Source: Methylotenera sp. (lineage in GTDB: Bacteria; Pseudomonadota; Gammaproteobacteria; Burkholderiales; Methylophilaceae). From it: DNA of 64,000 nt. This document shows positions 1-9,086 of the stretch, in pieces; the first letter of the stretch is position 1, and the number at the start of each line of letters is the position of its first letter. The position numbers were made by a program, and so were the translations under genes. The notes beneath the pieces were generated by a model that did not search any database, was not told the DNA's origin, and saw nothing but the letters and a program-made list of their open reading frames with translations. The DNA lies in NCBI GenBank assembly GCA_031381645.1, contig JANMYB010000044.1, positions 8,842 to 72,841 on the forward strand, written 5' to 3'.

Positions 1-466
1 TTGCATTCTCTTGTTGCTTGGCGGGCGCTTGCCTAGGATGACCTAGCAACAACTTAATGACCCGCTCCACTACTTGCACTACATCATGCTTACGCTCGCG
101 CAGATATTCGTCTTCAATCGCTTCAAACTGCTCAACAATGTCATCCATTTGCTGCTTAATCGCCCATTCTGCATTGCAGTGTTCTTTGCGGATAATTTCC
201 TTTGGTACTTCAGAAAGCGATTTGTCCGCCAACATGCTCAAATGCGTGCTAATAAAGGCGGCTAGTTCTGCGGGTGCATTTTTTGAAAGCGAACTGCGGA
301 TGACTTCTAAATCTTTTTTAACAGTGAGAATGGCGTCACTAAAGCGTTTGATTTCATCATCAACTAGATTTTCAGGTAGCACGTAATGCACTACTTCTAG
401 GATCGCATTCGAGACTAAATGCGCCTGACCAATGGCAATGCCGCTAGATACGCCGATGCCATGCAT
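1..466 (-). CDS. ptsI: PTS enzyme I (PEP-protein phosphotransferase), N-terminal part; 3' end lies outside the window
   Basis: Absent from the ORF track because it is open at the window edge. Minus-strand translation from the ATG at 466 gives MHGIGVSSGIAIGQAHLVSNAILEVVHYVL...EDEYLRERKHDVVQV, a typical EI N-terminus with no GAF domain. An in-frame TTG at 520 is an alternative start. Confidence 0.8.
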   Translation of the reverse strand, partial: MHGIGVSSGIAIGQAHLVSNAILEVVHYVLPENLVDDEIKRFSDAILTVKKDLEVIRSSLSKNAPAELAAFISTHLSMLADKSLSEVPKEIIRKEHCNAEWAIKQQMDDIVEQFEAIEDEYLRERKHDVVQVVERVIKLLLGHPRQAPAKQQENA

Positions 467-522
467 GCTAAAGCTTGAAGCGCTAAAGCTGGATTGCTGG
501 CTAGGCGCTATATTGGACAAGG

Positions 523-792
523 TTATTCACCCTCGCCAAAATAATCGTTAATTAGCGCTTTTAAGGTATCCATTGCAGCCTGTTCGTCCGCGCCATTGGC
601 TTCGAGCGTAATGGTAGATCCCATGGCAGCAGCCAACATCATTACGCCCATAATGCTTTTAGCATTTACTTTGCGGCCGTTTTTTTCTATCCAAATTTCG
701 CTGGTGAATTGGCTAGCGATTTGTGTGAGTTTACTGCTGGCGCGTGCGTGCAGGCCAAGTTTGTTGATGATTTCTAGGTCTTGTCTAATCAT
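523..792 (-). CDS. ptsH: HPr-family phosphocarrier protein
   Basis: 89 aa. Has the GLHARAS active-site His motif and a KSIMGVM regulatory Ser region. Confidence 0.9.
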   Translation of the reverse strand: MIRQDLEIINKLGLHARASSKLTQIASQFTSEIWIEKNGRKVNAKSIMGVMMLAAAMGSTITLEANGADEQAAMDTLKALINDYFGEGE

Positions 793-805
793 GGCTGGTT
801 TTTAG

Positions 806-1231
806 TTATTCTTTAGTTGGTTTTTTGTCATGATGGTCGCAACCAGTCTTGGTAAAGTGAACTACACCGTCACGTCCGCCGCTAATGGCTTTTTCTACGC
901 AGGTTTTAATAGGTTTATCGCGATAATTGAGTACGCGCACTAACATAGGCAAATTAACCCCAGCAACACCTTCTATTTGGTTAGGAGCAAGCAATTTAGC
1001 CACTAAATTGCACGGTGTGGCACCATACATATCCGAGAGTACGATAACACCATCGCCAGTATTGAGTTTACTCACAATTTGCTGCGCTTGTGGCAATAAA
1101 TCGCTAGGGTCGTCATTGGTGCCCACTGCAAAATGGCTGAGCTGAGGGGGATTTTTACCTAGCACATGACTAACACAATGAACTAGGCTTTCACCCAAGC
1201 CGCCATGCGCAATAATTAAAACACCTATCAT
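806..1231 (-). CDS. PTS EIIA component, mannose/fructose family
   Basis: N-terminal MIGVLIIAHGGLGESL with the conserved His. Size and layout fit EIIA-Man. Confidence 0.85.
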   Translation of the reverse strand: MIGVLIIAHGGLGESLVHCVSHVLGKNPPQLSHFAVGTNDDPSDLLPQAQQIVSKLNTGDGVIVLSDMYGATPCNLVAKLLAPNQIEGVAGVNLPMLVRVLNYRDKPIKTCVEKAISGGRDGVVHFTKTGCDHHDKKPTKE

Positions 1232-1262
1232 ATTACTTTTGCTTTCTTAAAATTAATACCAA

Positions 1263-2129
1263 TCAATTTAACTCTCGGTGTCGGATAATCACTTTTTGTT
1301 TTTGTTGTTTAAAATACACGCTTAATTGTTCTACAAAATACACAGACCGATGCTGGCCGCCAGTACAACCAATCGCCACAGTAAGATAGCTACGATTGTC
1401 TGCATCAAAGCTTGGTAGCCATTTTTCAACATAATGCTGGATGTCGGCCAGCATTTCAATGGCTTCAGGCTCTTTTTCCAAGAATGCTTTTATAGGCGCA
1501 TCTTTTCCTGTCAGTGGTCGAAGAGTGGGGTCGTAATGCGGGTTGGGTAAGCTACGCACATCAAACACAAAATCTGCATCTAGCGGTAAACCGTTTTTAA
1601 AGCCAAATGAAGTGAATAATAATACTAGGCAACTGCTACTTTGGTGATTGTTAGGTTGTGAAATAAAATCAAGTATGTAATTACGTAGTGTGTTGGCGCT
1701 CAGATTGCTGGTGTCAATATGATGCCCGAGGTCGGTTATATCTGACAATAGCTCGCGCTCGCGCGAGATACTTTCGGCCAAGGTGGTGGTGGTGTCGCTC
1801 AGCGGATGTTTGCGGCGCGTTTCGGAGAAGCGTTTTACCAGCGTTTCTACAGAAGATTCTAAAAATAATACTTGTACAGAAATGTCGCTACTTTTTAGCA
1901 TTTCAATAGCGTTGGGAAGTGCTTCCAGGGCGGCACTACGACTATCGATGCTAATAGCGACCTTGTCATTATTAGCTTCTTTGTGATTTGTAGCATCCAA
2001 ATGATGCGAAATTTGTGGCAAAAGTGTGGCGGGTAAATTGTCGATGCAGTAATAGCCACTGTCTTCCAGCACGCGTAGCGCAATACTTTTACCAGAGCCA
2101 GAAAGGCCTGTGACAATAATAAGTTCCAA
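1263..2129 (-). CDS. rapZ: RNase adapter protein RapZ (P-loop NTPase)
   Basis: GLSGSGKS Walker A motif and C-terminal CTGGQHRSV motif. Sits after hprK as in rpoN clusters. Confidence 0.92.
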   Translation of the reverse strand: MELIIVTGLSGSGKSIALRVLEDSGYYCIDNLPATLLPQISHHLDATNHKEANNDKVAISIDSRSAALEALPNAIEMLKSSDISVQVLFLESSVETLVKRFSETRRKHPLSDTTTTLAESISRERELLSDITDLGHHIDTSNLSANTLRNYILDFISQPNNHQSSSCLVLLFTSFGFKNGLPLDADFVFDVRSLPNPHYDPTLRPLTGKDAPIKAFLEKEPEAIEMLADIQHYVEKWLPSFDADNRSYLTVAIGCTGGQHRSVYFVEQLSVYFKQQKQKVIIRHRELN

Positions 2130-2131
2130 GT

Positions 2132-3100
2132 CTAACCAGCCTTTCTTTCAGTTTTTTTTAGGCTTTCTTTTTGCATCATTTGTTTTTGTCGTTTGCTAAA
2201 TTGCTGCGTCGCGTTGATGCCGCGCAGCAATAATATATGGTTACGTACCGCCACTTCAACAAGCACTGCAATATTGCGCCCCGCCGCGATGGGTATTAGC
2301 ACTTTGCTAATATCCACCTCTAGCACGCGTTCATACTGTGTTTTGGCGTTAAGTCTATCCAATGTTTTTGGGTTAAGCGTATCAGCTAATTCTAACTGAA
2401 TAATCAAATCTAAAGGTTTGGTTGGTTTAACTGAATTATCGCCAAATAGTGCGCGAATATTCAATATGCCCAGCCCACGCACCTCTAAAAAATCCTGTAG
2501 TAAAGCAGGGCAGCGACCTTCAATACGTTCTGGCGAAATGCGGTAAAAATCGACGATATCATCGGCAATTAAGCGGTGACCGCGCGTAATCAGCTCTAAG
2601 GCCAGTTCACTTTTACCAATCGCAGCATTGCCTTTTACTAGCACGCCAAACCCCTGCACCTCAATAAAAACGCCATGCAGACTGATGCTTTCTGCCATCG
2701 CTTGTTTTAAATAATGGCTTAATAAATCCATCAATTGTGGGCTCTGCATGGGTGAGGTAAACAGCGGCGTATTATATGTATTGGCTGCAAGAATAAGTTC
2801 TTTTGGTGGTTTTTCGCCATTGGCGACAACGATAGCGGCCAAATCTGTCGAATACAAATTACCAATAGCTTGCTGCATGGCGATGATGCTTAAACTACGC
2901 AAATAATCCATTTCGGCGCAACCCAGTACTTGTACACGATTGGGGTGCACAAAATTTAAGTGACCAATTAAAGCCAAAGATGGCTTGGTAACATTTTCGG
3001 AATTGAGTTGATTAGTGCCGCCGTCAAGCCCAGCAACCCAGTTGAGTTTGAGCTTGAGGCGGGTTTCTTTATAGAGTTCGGCTACGTTAATTTGAGCCAT
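2132..3100 (-). CDS. hprK: HPr kinase/phosphorylase
   Basis: GNAAIGKSELALELITRGHRLIADD P-loop and signature region. Confidence 0.92.
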   Translation of the reverse strand: MAQINVAELYKETRLKLKLNWVAGLDGGTNQLNSENVTKPSLALIGHLNFVHPNRVQVLGCAEMDYLRSLSIIAMQQAIGNLYSTDLAAIVVANGEKPPKELILAANTYNTPLFTSPMQSPQLMDLLSHYLKQAMAESISLHGVFIEVQGFGVLVKGNAAIGKSELALELITRGHRLIADDIVDFYRISPERIEGRCPALLQDFLEVRGLGILNIRALFGDNSVKPTKPLDLIIQLELADTLNPKTLDRLNAKTQYERVLEVDISKVLIPIAAGRNIAVLVEVAVRNHILLLRGINATQQFSKRQKQMMQKESLKKTERKAG

Positions 3101-3111
3101 AAAAAGTAGAT

Positions 3112-3438
3112 TTAGTTAGGAGCTTGGTGCTTAACCGCGCCATTGGTTTTATTATGATTGCCATGTTTTTCTTTATGTTTTACTACTTGACGGTCTAGTT
3201 TATCCGTCAACATATCAATCGCGCTATACATATTTTCATCTGCGCACTCGGCATGTAAGTCATTGCCTGGCACGTGTAATGTAGCCTCAACCTTTTGGGC
3301 GAGTTTTTCTACGCTCATGGTAATTTTCACATCAATCACATGATCAAAATGATTGCTGATCCTAACAAGCTTGCTTTGTACATAATCGCGTAATGCAGGA
3401 GTAATTTCTAAGTGGTGACCAGTTAATTGTAAATTCAT
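3112..3438 (-). CDS. hpf: Ribosome hibernation promoting factor
   Basis: MNLQLTGHHLEITPALRDYV matches HPF N-termini. I chose the internal ATG at 3438 (AAGGAG 7 nt upstream) over the ORF-track start at 3477. Confidence 0.9.
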   Translation of the reverse strand: MNLQLTGHHLEITPALRDYVQSKLVRISNHFDHVIDVKITMSVEKLAQKVEATLHVPGNDLHAECADENMYSAIDMLTDKLDRQVVKHKEKHGNHNKTNGAVKHQAPN

Positions 3439-3604
3439 GACTTGCTCCTTTTGAAATTGTTCTAAGCGATTTATCATCCAAAAAAGTAGGTCAATTAAAT
3501 CTCATCGAACAATTTTAGTGTACACCTTTGGCAATTACGCGCAACTAGCCAAGCGAGCTATTTATGTAAATATTGCAAATATTTTTTGGCCATTAAAAAA
3601 ACAC

Positions 3605-3648
3605 TGCCTGCAGACCTTATGGATATTGGCTTGCAGGGCATTTATTTT
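3605..3648. repeat. Conserved hairpin element, copy A (bidirectional terminator-like, between rpoN and hpf)
   Basis: TGCCTGCAGACCTTATGGATATTGGCTTGCAGGGCATTTATTTT. An A-run precedes it and a T-run follows. Related to copies at 28661 and 34614. Confidence 0.6.
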
Positions 3649-3670
3649 AGCATTTTAAATGCTACTGAGC

Positions 3671-5248
3671 TTACAAAGACTTCCTTAAATTGGCAGGCGG
3701 AATGTTTAATGATTCACGATATTTCGCAATGGTACGCCGCGCAACCACAATGCCTTGTTTGGCCAAAACCTCGCTGAATTGATTATCAGAAAGCGGTTTT
3801 TTAATATTTTCTTCTGCTACCAATTGTTTAATTAGCGCGCGAATCGCGGTGGCTGAGCATTCGCCACCCGCATCGGTTGCCACATGGCTGCCAAAAAAGT
3901 ATTTGAGTTCAAAAACGCCGCGTGGTGTGAGCATATATTTATGTGTGGTGACGCGGGAAATAGTGGATTCGTGTAATTCAAGTTCTTCAGCAATTTCACG
4001 TAAAACAAGCGGCCGCATGGCAATTTCGCCATGTTCAAAGAAGTTGCGCTGCCTATCCACAATCGCTTGGCTGACTCGCAAAATGGTTGAAAATCGCTGC
4101 TGGATATTTTTAATCATCCATTTGGCTTCTTGCATTTGCGTCTGCAAATATTGATTCGAGTTCTCGCGGTTGCGCTTCAAAATATCTGCATAAAGCTGAT
4201 TAATGCGCAATTTTGGCACGACGCCATCGTTCAAGGTGGCAATCCAAATCCCTTTTACTTTTTTAACAATCACTTCATGCTGAATAAAGTGATCTTTACT
4301 CAGTTGCGCGTAATCGCTCCCAGGGCGTGGATTTTGCTGCTTAATGAGTGTTTGCGCGCTTTTCAGAGTGGCTTCATCACAATTAAGTAACTTACGTAAC
4401 TTAACAAAATCTTTGTTAGCTAACATCGCTAAATGTTCACTGACAATACTTTTGGCAACGCTTAAATATTCAGTTTCTTTTGGTAGCGCATTGAGTTGAA
4501 ACATAATGCACTCTTGTAAATTGGTCGCGCCTATGCCTGGTGGGTCAAGATTTTGAATGTGTTTTAATGCAGTTTGCAGCTCGACTAGTTCTATTTCAAG
4601 CTCTAAAGGTAGTGACTCTTCTAATTCTTCTAGCGATTCTTCCAAATAGCCATCTTCGTTAATGCTATCAATCAGCAAGAAAACTAAATTTTGGTCACGC
4701 TCAGAAAGCGGCATCAGTTTTAGCTGGTTGAGCAAATGATCTCTAAGACTTTCGGCGATGATTTCTTGGCGTGAGTAATCTCCGTCATCATCGTCACTAT
4801 TATTTTGACGGCTACCTTCATCCCAATTGCTAGCGCTGCCGTATTCTTCATAATCTTCATCAAAATCGGTAGCAGAAAAATCCTCTTGCTGGCTGGTGAT
4901 TTCCTGTGGCGTTTCTTCGCTTGATGGCACTGGGTTTGCGATCTCTTGGTAATCAATATTACTAAAAGCGTCAAAATCATCACTGTCAGGCGAAGACTCG
5001 CCATCAGCGCCAACTTGGTCGTTATCCGCTTCATTTACTTGTTCTGGAAGTGCAAGTTCGTCGTCTAAGTCCGCATCAGGGTTATCACCATCCACCAACT
5101 CCAACAAAGGATTCTCTTGCAGAATAACATCTAGCTCTTGGTTAAGCTCGAGTGAAGATAATTGCAACAAACGGATAGATTGCTGTAACTGCGGTGTAAG
5201 CGCTAAATTTTGTGAGATACGTAATTGTAAATTTTGCTTCATGGCCAT
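3671..5248 (-). CDS. rpoN: RNA polymerase sigma-54 factor
   Basis: Gln-rich N-terminus, acidic region, and C-terminal RpoN box ARRTIAKYRESL. Confidence 0.95.
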   Translation of the reverse strand: MAMKQNLQLRISQNLALTPQLQQSIRLLQLSSLELNQELDVILQENPLLELVDGDNPDADLDDELALPEQVNEADNDQVGADGESSPDSDDFDAFSNIDYQEIANPVPSSEETPQEITSQQEDFSATDFDEDYEEYGSASNWDEGSRQNNSDDDDGDYSRQEIIAESLRDHLLNQLKLMPLSERDQNLVFLLIDSINEDGYLEESLEELEESLPLELEIELVELQTALKHIQNLDPPGIGATNLQECIMFQLNALPKETEYLSVAKSIVSEHLAMLANKDFVKLRKLLNCDEATLKSAQTLIKQQNPRPGSDYAQLSKDHFIQHEVIVKKVKGIWIATLNDGVVPKLRINQLYADILKRNRENSNQYLQTQMQEAKWMIKNIQQRFSTILRVSQAIVDRQRNFFEHGEIAMRPLVLREIAEELELHESTISRVTTHKYMLTPRGVFELKYFFGSHVATDAGGECSATAIRALIKQLVAEENIKKPLSDNQFSEVLAKQGIVVARRTIAKYRESLNIPPANLRKSL

Positions 5249-5260
5249 AAGTTTCTGTAA

Positions 5261-5983
5261 TTACAACCTGAAATCTTTACCTAAATACACTTCGCGCACC
5301 GCTTCATTACTTACAATTTCTGCAGGTTTGCCTGAGGCAAACACAGTGCCATCATTCACAATATAGGCGCGATCGCAGATGCCTAAAGTTTCGCGTACAT
5401 TGTGGTCGGTAATGAGTATGCCAATATTTTTTGCGCTTAAAAAGCGAATAATTTTTTGAATATCCAATACTGCAATGGGGTCAATGCCTGCAAAGGGTTC
5501 ATCGAGTAAAATGAAGCTGGGATTAGTAGCTAAGCAACGTGCAATTTCAACGCGACGTCGTTCGCCGCCAGAAAGGCTGACTGCCGCGCTATTGCGAATA
5601 TGCACGATGTGTAATTCTTGCAACAGCGATTCTAGCTGCTTATGCATTTCAACTTCGGTTAAATTTTGTAGCTCTAGCACCGCCATAATATTCTCTGTAA
5701 CGGTGAGCTTACGAAAAACTGAAGGCTCTTGTGGCAAATATGCCAAGCCTAGGCGCGCACGGCTATGGATAGGTAAGCGACTTAAATCTTTGCCATTAAG
5801 TAAGATGCGTCCAGCATCCAGCGGCACCAAGCCTACCATCATATAAAAGCTAGTAGTTTTGCCTGCACCGTTGGGGCCAAGCAAGCCAACTACCTCTCCG
5901 CTATTGATGCGCAACGAAATATCCTGTACTACGGTGCGGGTTTTGTATGATTTACGCAGATTTTCTACAACGAGTTCGCTCAT
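5261..5983 (-). CDS. lptB: LPS export ABC transporter ATP-binding protein
   Basis: GPNGAGKTT Walker A and [13 protein letters not shown] signature. Located immediately upstream of rpoN. Confidence 0.95.
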   Translation of the reverse strand: MSELVVENLRKSYKTRTVVQDISLRINSGEVVGLLGPNGAGKTTSFYMMVGLVPLDAGRILLNGKDLSRLPIHSRARLGLAYLPQEPSVFRKLTVTENIMAVLELQNLTEVEMHKQLESLLQELHIVHIRNSAAVSLSGGERRRVEIARCLATNPSFILLDEPFAGIDPIAVLDIQKIIRFLSAKNIGILITDHNVRETLGICDRAYIVNDGTVFASGKPAEIVSNEAVREVYLGKDFRL

Positions 5984-5988
5984 CTAAT

Positions 5989-6609
5989 TTACTCGCTTGG
6001 TTGTAGCTCAAGTTTATTGGTAAATCTTAAGTTTTTAGTCACGCTGGGAGCAGCCTTAGTTAGCGTATCGGAAGCTGGCGCCTCTGATTTAGATGCAGGT
6101 TTGTTTTTTGGCTGAATAATGGCTTTTACGCGACCACTGCCGGGTGTGCCATCAGTTTTTGTGCCACCAATCACTTCTGCATATTCGGCATTGGCGTCGT
6201 AGCTGATGTAATCGCCATGCACAATATCTTCGCCACGTTTTACCCACGCCTTGGTATAAAGTTGTACTTTGTCCATGCGGCCATCGTATTCAATGCGTTG
6301 CGCACTACCTTCCATGTACTCGTTTTTGCCTTCGCGTTTTTGCTTGAAAGTAGTTGGGTTGCCAGTAGAAGTGCTATGCTGAAAGCCTTCTTTATCTTCG
6401 CGCACTATTAGCTTATCGGCGCGGATAACGAGTGTGCCTTGGGTTAAAATAACTGTACCAGAGTAAGTGCTGATTTTTTTTGCATCGTTTACAGTGACTG
6501 TATCGGCTTCTAACTCAATTGGTTTGTCGCGGTCAGCTGCTTCGGCAAACACATTCAGGCTGATTGAGAAGCCAATAATTAACAAGCTGAGGCGAATGAG
6601 ATTATTCAT
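5989..6609 (-). CDS. lptA: LPS transport periplasmic protein LptA (OstA-like)
   Basis: Signal peptide and OstA-like beta-jellyroll sequence. Synteny lptC-lptA-lptB. Confidence 0.85.
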   Translation of the reverse strand: MNNLIRLSLLIIGFSISLNVFAEAADRDKPIELEADTVTVNDAKKISTYSGTVILTQGTLVIRADKLIVREDKEGFQHSTSTGNPTTFKQKREGKNEYMEGSAQRIEYDGRMDKVQLYTKAWVKRGEDIVHGDYISYDANAEYAEVIGGTKTDGTPGSGRVKAIIQPKNKPASKSEAPASDTLTKAAPSVTKNLRFTNKLELQPSE

Positions 6610-7361
6610 TTTTTACTCCGTGTAGCCTTTTTTAAAGTTTTTCGTTTTTTTAACGATTTTTTCTTAGTTGTGGTATTTGGTTTGGCAACCGTATTTTTTT
6701 TAGAAGTACTTGCTGAAATCGCACTTAAAGGTTTTGCGATTGGTTTTGTAATCATAGGTTTAGTTTTTGTGATTTTAGAGGCAGCACCAATTGGCCGTTC
6801 GTAATGTGCTTTTACTCTTTTATTCAGCGTTAGCGTTTGTTTTTTCTTGTCGAAAACCATGCCAGTGGCGTGAATCACTGTTTTTGGCGCTTGTGTAATT
6901 ACTACTGGACTATCGGTTTTCACTAAATCTTTGTTGGGCAAAATAAGCAATTTTTCGGTCAGAATCTGCAATTCACCTTTGCCGTTAAATGCCTGACGCA
7001 CCACTTTTACATTGTCCACCAGCTCAATTTCCTCGCCATCGCTAGAAACATAAGCACGCAAGCCTTCAATCTGAGTGTAAGGCTTATCAGTTGTGTATTG
7101 TGTAAAGCGCGGGCGCTGTAGTACAGTGCTGTCGTCATCTGGATAATGCACCATCTCGGCCGCAGCTAAAACGTAGCGCAACTTTCCTGTGACATCTGTT
7201 TGTGTAGTGACAAAATTATTCATTGTGTAATCTGGGTCATGCCGATTGCTGCCATCAATTTTAGGGCCTTGTTGCTCCACGGTTAGATTGATCCAAAACG
7301 TAACAATTGCCAGCGCAGTTGCTAACACTAGCGGAAAAAATATGGTGGAGCGCGCTAGCAT
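6606..7361 (-). CDS. lptC: LPS export system protein LptC with a Lys/Thr-rich C-terminal tail
   Basis: N-terminal membrane anchor. Positioned between kdsC and lptA, with a 4-nt overlap onto lptA. Confidence 0.75.
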   Translation of the reverse strand: MLARSTIFFPLVLATALAIVTFWINLTVEQQGPKIDGSNRHDPDYTMNNFVTTQTDVTGKLRYVLAAAEMVHYPDDDSTVLQRPRFTQYTTDKPYTQIEGLRAYVSSDGEEIELVDNVKVVRQAFNGKGELQILTEKLLILPNKDLVKTDSPVVITQAPKTVIHATGMVFDKKKQTLTLNKRVKAHYERPIGAASKITKTKPMITKPIAKPLSAISASTSKKNTVAKPNTTTKKKSLKKRKTLKKATRSKK

Positions 7362-7374
7362 AGTTCAACAATAG

Positions 7375-7923
7375 TCACTCAAAAAATTGTGCCATCTGTG
7401 CTTCAAAAGTCCCTTGCGCCTGCATGATCAGTTCGCAGACTTCACGCACTGCGCCGCGCCCTGCACTAGCCTTGGTAATATAGTGCGCATGTGGTTTTAA
7501 TAAACGATGCCCTGTAGGCACCGTCAATGCTAGGCCACAGCGCCGCATCGCTGGCGCATCCACTACGTCATCGCCCATAAAAGCTACTTCATTTGCCTGC
7601 AAATGCATTTTTTGTAGCAAATCGTTAAAGGCTTTCAGTTTGTCTTCGACGCCTTGATAAAAATGCGCAATACCCGTGCTATCGGCGCGTTGTTTCACCA
7701 CATTGCTAGTGCGGCCTGTAATAATTGCCATTTGCACGCCAGAAGCCTTAAGTAGTTTCATTCCTAGGCCATCTAAGCTATGAAAATTTTTGTATTCTTG
7801 CCCATCATCGCCGATACCAAGCGCGCCGTCTGTCATCACGCCATCTACATCAAAAACGACACATTTAATTTTTTTCGCTCGCGCTAAAACTTCTGCAGTA
7901 ATGATTATTTTTTTTGTATCCAT
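7375..7923 (-). CDS. kdsC: KDO 8-phosphate phosphatase (HAD-IIIA)
   Basis: FDVDGVMTDG HAD motif I and GDD motif. Synteny with kdsD. Confidence 0.9.
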   Translation of the reverse strand: MDTKKIIITAEVLARAKKIKCVVFDVDGVMTDGALGIGDDGQEYKNFHSLDGLGMKLLKASGVQMAIITGRTSNVVKQRADSTGIAHFYQGVEDKLKAFNDLLQKMHLQANEVAFMGDDVVDAPAMRRCGLALTVPTGHRLLKPHAHYITKASAGRGAVREVCELIMQAQGTFEAQMAQFFE

Positions 7924-8942
7924 TAAAGAATTTTCGCTTTCAGTAAATCGTGCATATTAAATGCGCCCACCAGCCTCTCACTATCATCCACCACTAACAA
8001 GCCATTAATTTTTTTCTGCTCCATCATTTCTAGTGCTTCTATGGCAAGTTGTTTGGCATTGATTGTATTCGGGTGAGCATGCATCACATCGGCAATTTTG
8101 GCGCTGTTAGTATAAATTCCCTTAGCAAAAGTACGGCGTAAATCACCATCAGTAAAAATGCCAATCGGCTGCTTAGCATCATTAACAATAGCTGTCAGAC
8201 CCAAGCCTTTTTTGGTCATTTCGGTGAGTGCAACAGATAATAATTCGCCATCTTTCACTTGAGGAATGGCGTTCCCCGTGCGCATGACGTCTTTTACACG
8301 CACAATTAAACGTCTGCCAATGTTGCCGCCAGGGTGTGAGCGCGCAAAATCTTCGGCAGAAAACTCACGTAAATCCAACACACAGACAGCTATTGCATCC
8401 CCAAGCGCCAGCGCAGCCGTAGTACTGGCGGTAGGCGACAATCCCAAAGGGCAAGCTTCTTGTGATACCTCTGCGCTTAAATGCACGTGCGATTCTTTAG
8501 CCAAAGTGGAATTTTTAGCGCCTGTAATACTAATAATTTTTGCGCCTAGGCGTTTAATGGTAGGTACAATATTGAGTAGCTCATCGCTCTCGCCTGAGTT
8601 GGAAAGCGCAATTACCACATCCCCCGCGGTAATCATGCCTAAGTCGCCGTGGCTAGCCTCGGCCGGATGCATAAAAAAGGCTGGAGTGCCTGTGCTGGCA
8701 AGGGTGGCGGCGATTTTGCCGCCAACATGGCCAGATTTACCCATGCCGCTTACCACAACACGACCTTGGCAATGTAGAATTAGCTGCACAGCAGCCTCAA
8801 AATTTGCATCTAATCGCGCTGCTAAAGCGCTAATTTCGTGTGCTTCAATGTTTAAAACATTGCGCGCAAGCTCTAAAGTGCTCGGCTTTATATGGTCTGA
8901 AGGAGTATGTGAGCGACCTGACTGTAGTAATGTTGGTGACAT
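7923..8942 (-). CDS. kdsD: Arabinose-5-phosphate isomerase (SIS + tandem CBS)
   Basis: GMGKSGHVG SIS motif and C-terminal CBS pair. Start placed at the ATG at 8942 (MSPTLLQ...); the hydrophobic 32-aa extension in the ORF track looks spurious. Confidence 0.9.
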   Translation of the reverse strand: MSPTLLQSGRSHTPSDHIKPSTLELARNVLNIEAHEISALAARLDANFEAAVQLILHCQGRVVVSGMGKSGHVGGKIAATLASTGTPAFFMHPAEASHGDLGMITAGDVVIALSNSGESDELLNIVPTIKRLGAKIISITGAKNSTLAKESHVHLSAEVSQEACPLGLSPTASTTAALALGDAIAVCVLDLREFSAEDFARSHPGGNIGRRLIVRVKDVMRTGNAIPQVKDGELLSVALTEMTKKGLGLTAIVNDAKQPIGIFTDGDLRRTFAKGIYTNSAKIADVMHAHPNTINAKQLAIEALEMMEQKKINGLLVVDDSERLVGAFNMHDLLKAKIL

Positions 8943-9086
8943 ATGCGCTAAGTATAGAAGGGAATGCACCAGTAATAAAGTAAAAAAAGCTATTCTTAGG
9001 TAAAATACTAAAAGTAGGCACAATTTTTGCCTGAACACATCAATAACAAGAATAATCTCAATGAAAAATAGTGAAAAATAACCTAT

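Noticed and set aside
3439-3477. N-terminal extensions in the ORF track for hpf (3439-3477), kdsD (8943-9038), the bepA-like gene (16952-17014) and the T5orf172 gene (13658-13681).
   Set aside because: The internal starts have better RBS spacing and give N-termini that match the family pattern or a proper signal peptide. The extensions are hydrophobic or unconserved-looking read-through.
8266-9003. Long antisense ORFs overlapping confidently called genes. Examples: 8266-9003 within kdsD, 26170-26652 within rsmB, 5475-5846 within lptB, 29570-29974 within the RND gene, and 51594-51962 and others within cas9.
   Set aside because: Their composition is low-complexity and Ser/Arg/Ala-rich, typical of shadow frames. 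They have no RBS or recognisable motifs. The opposite-strand genes have strong family signatures.
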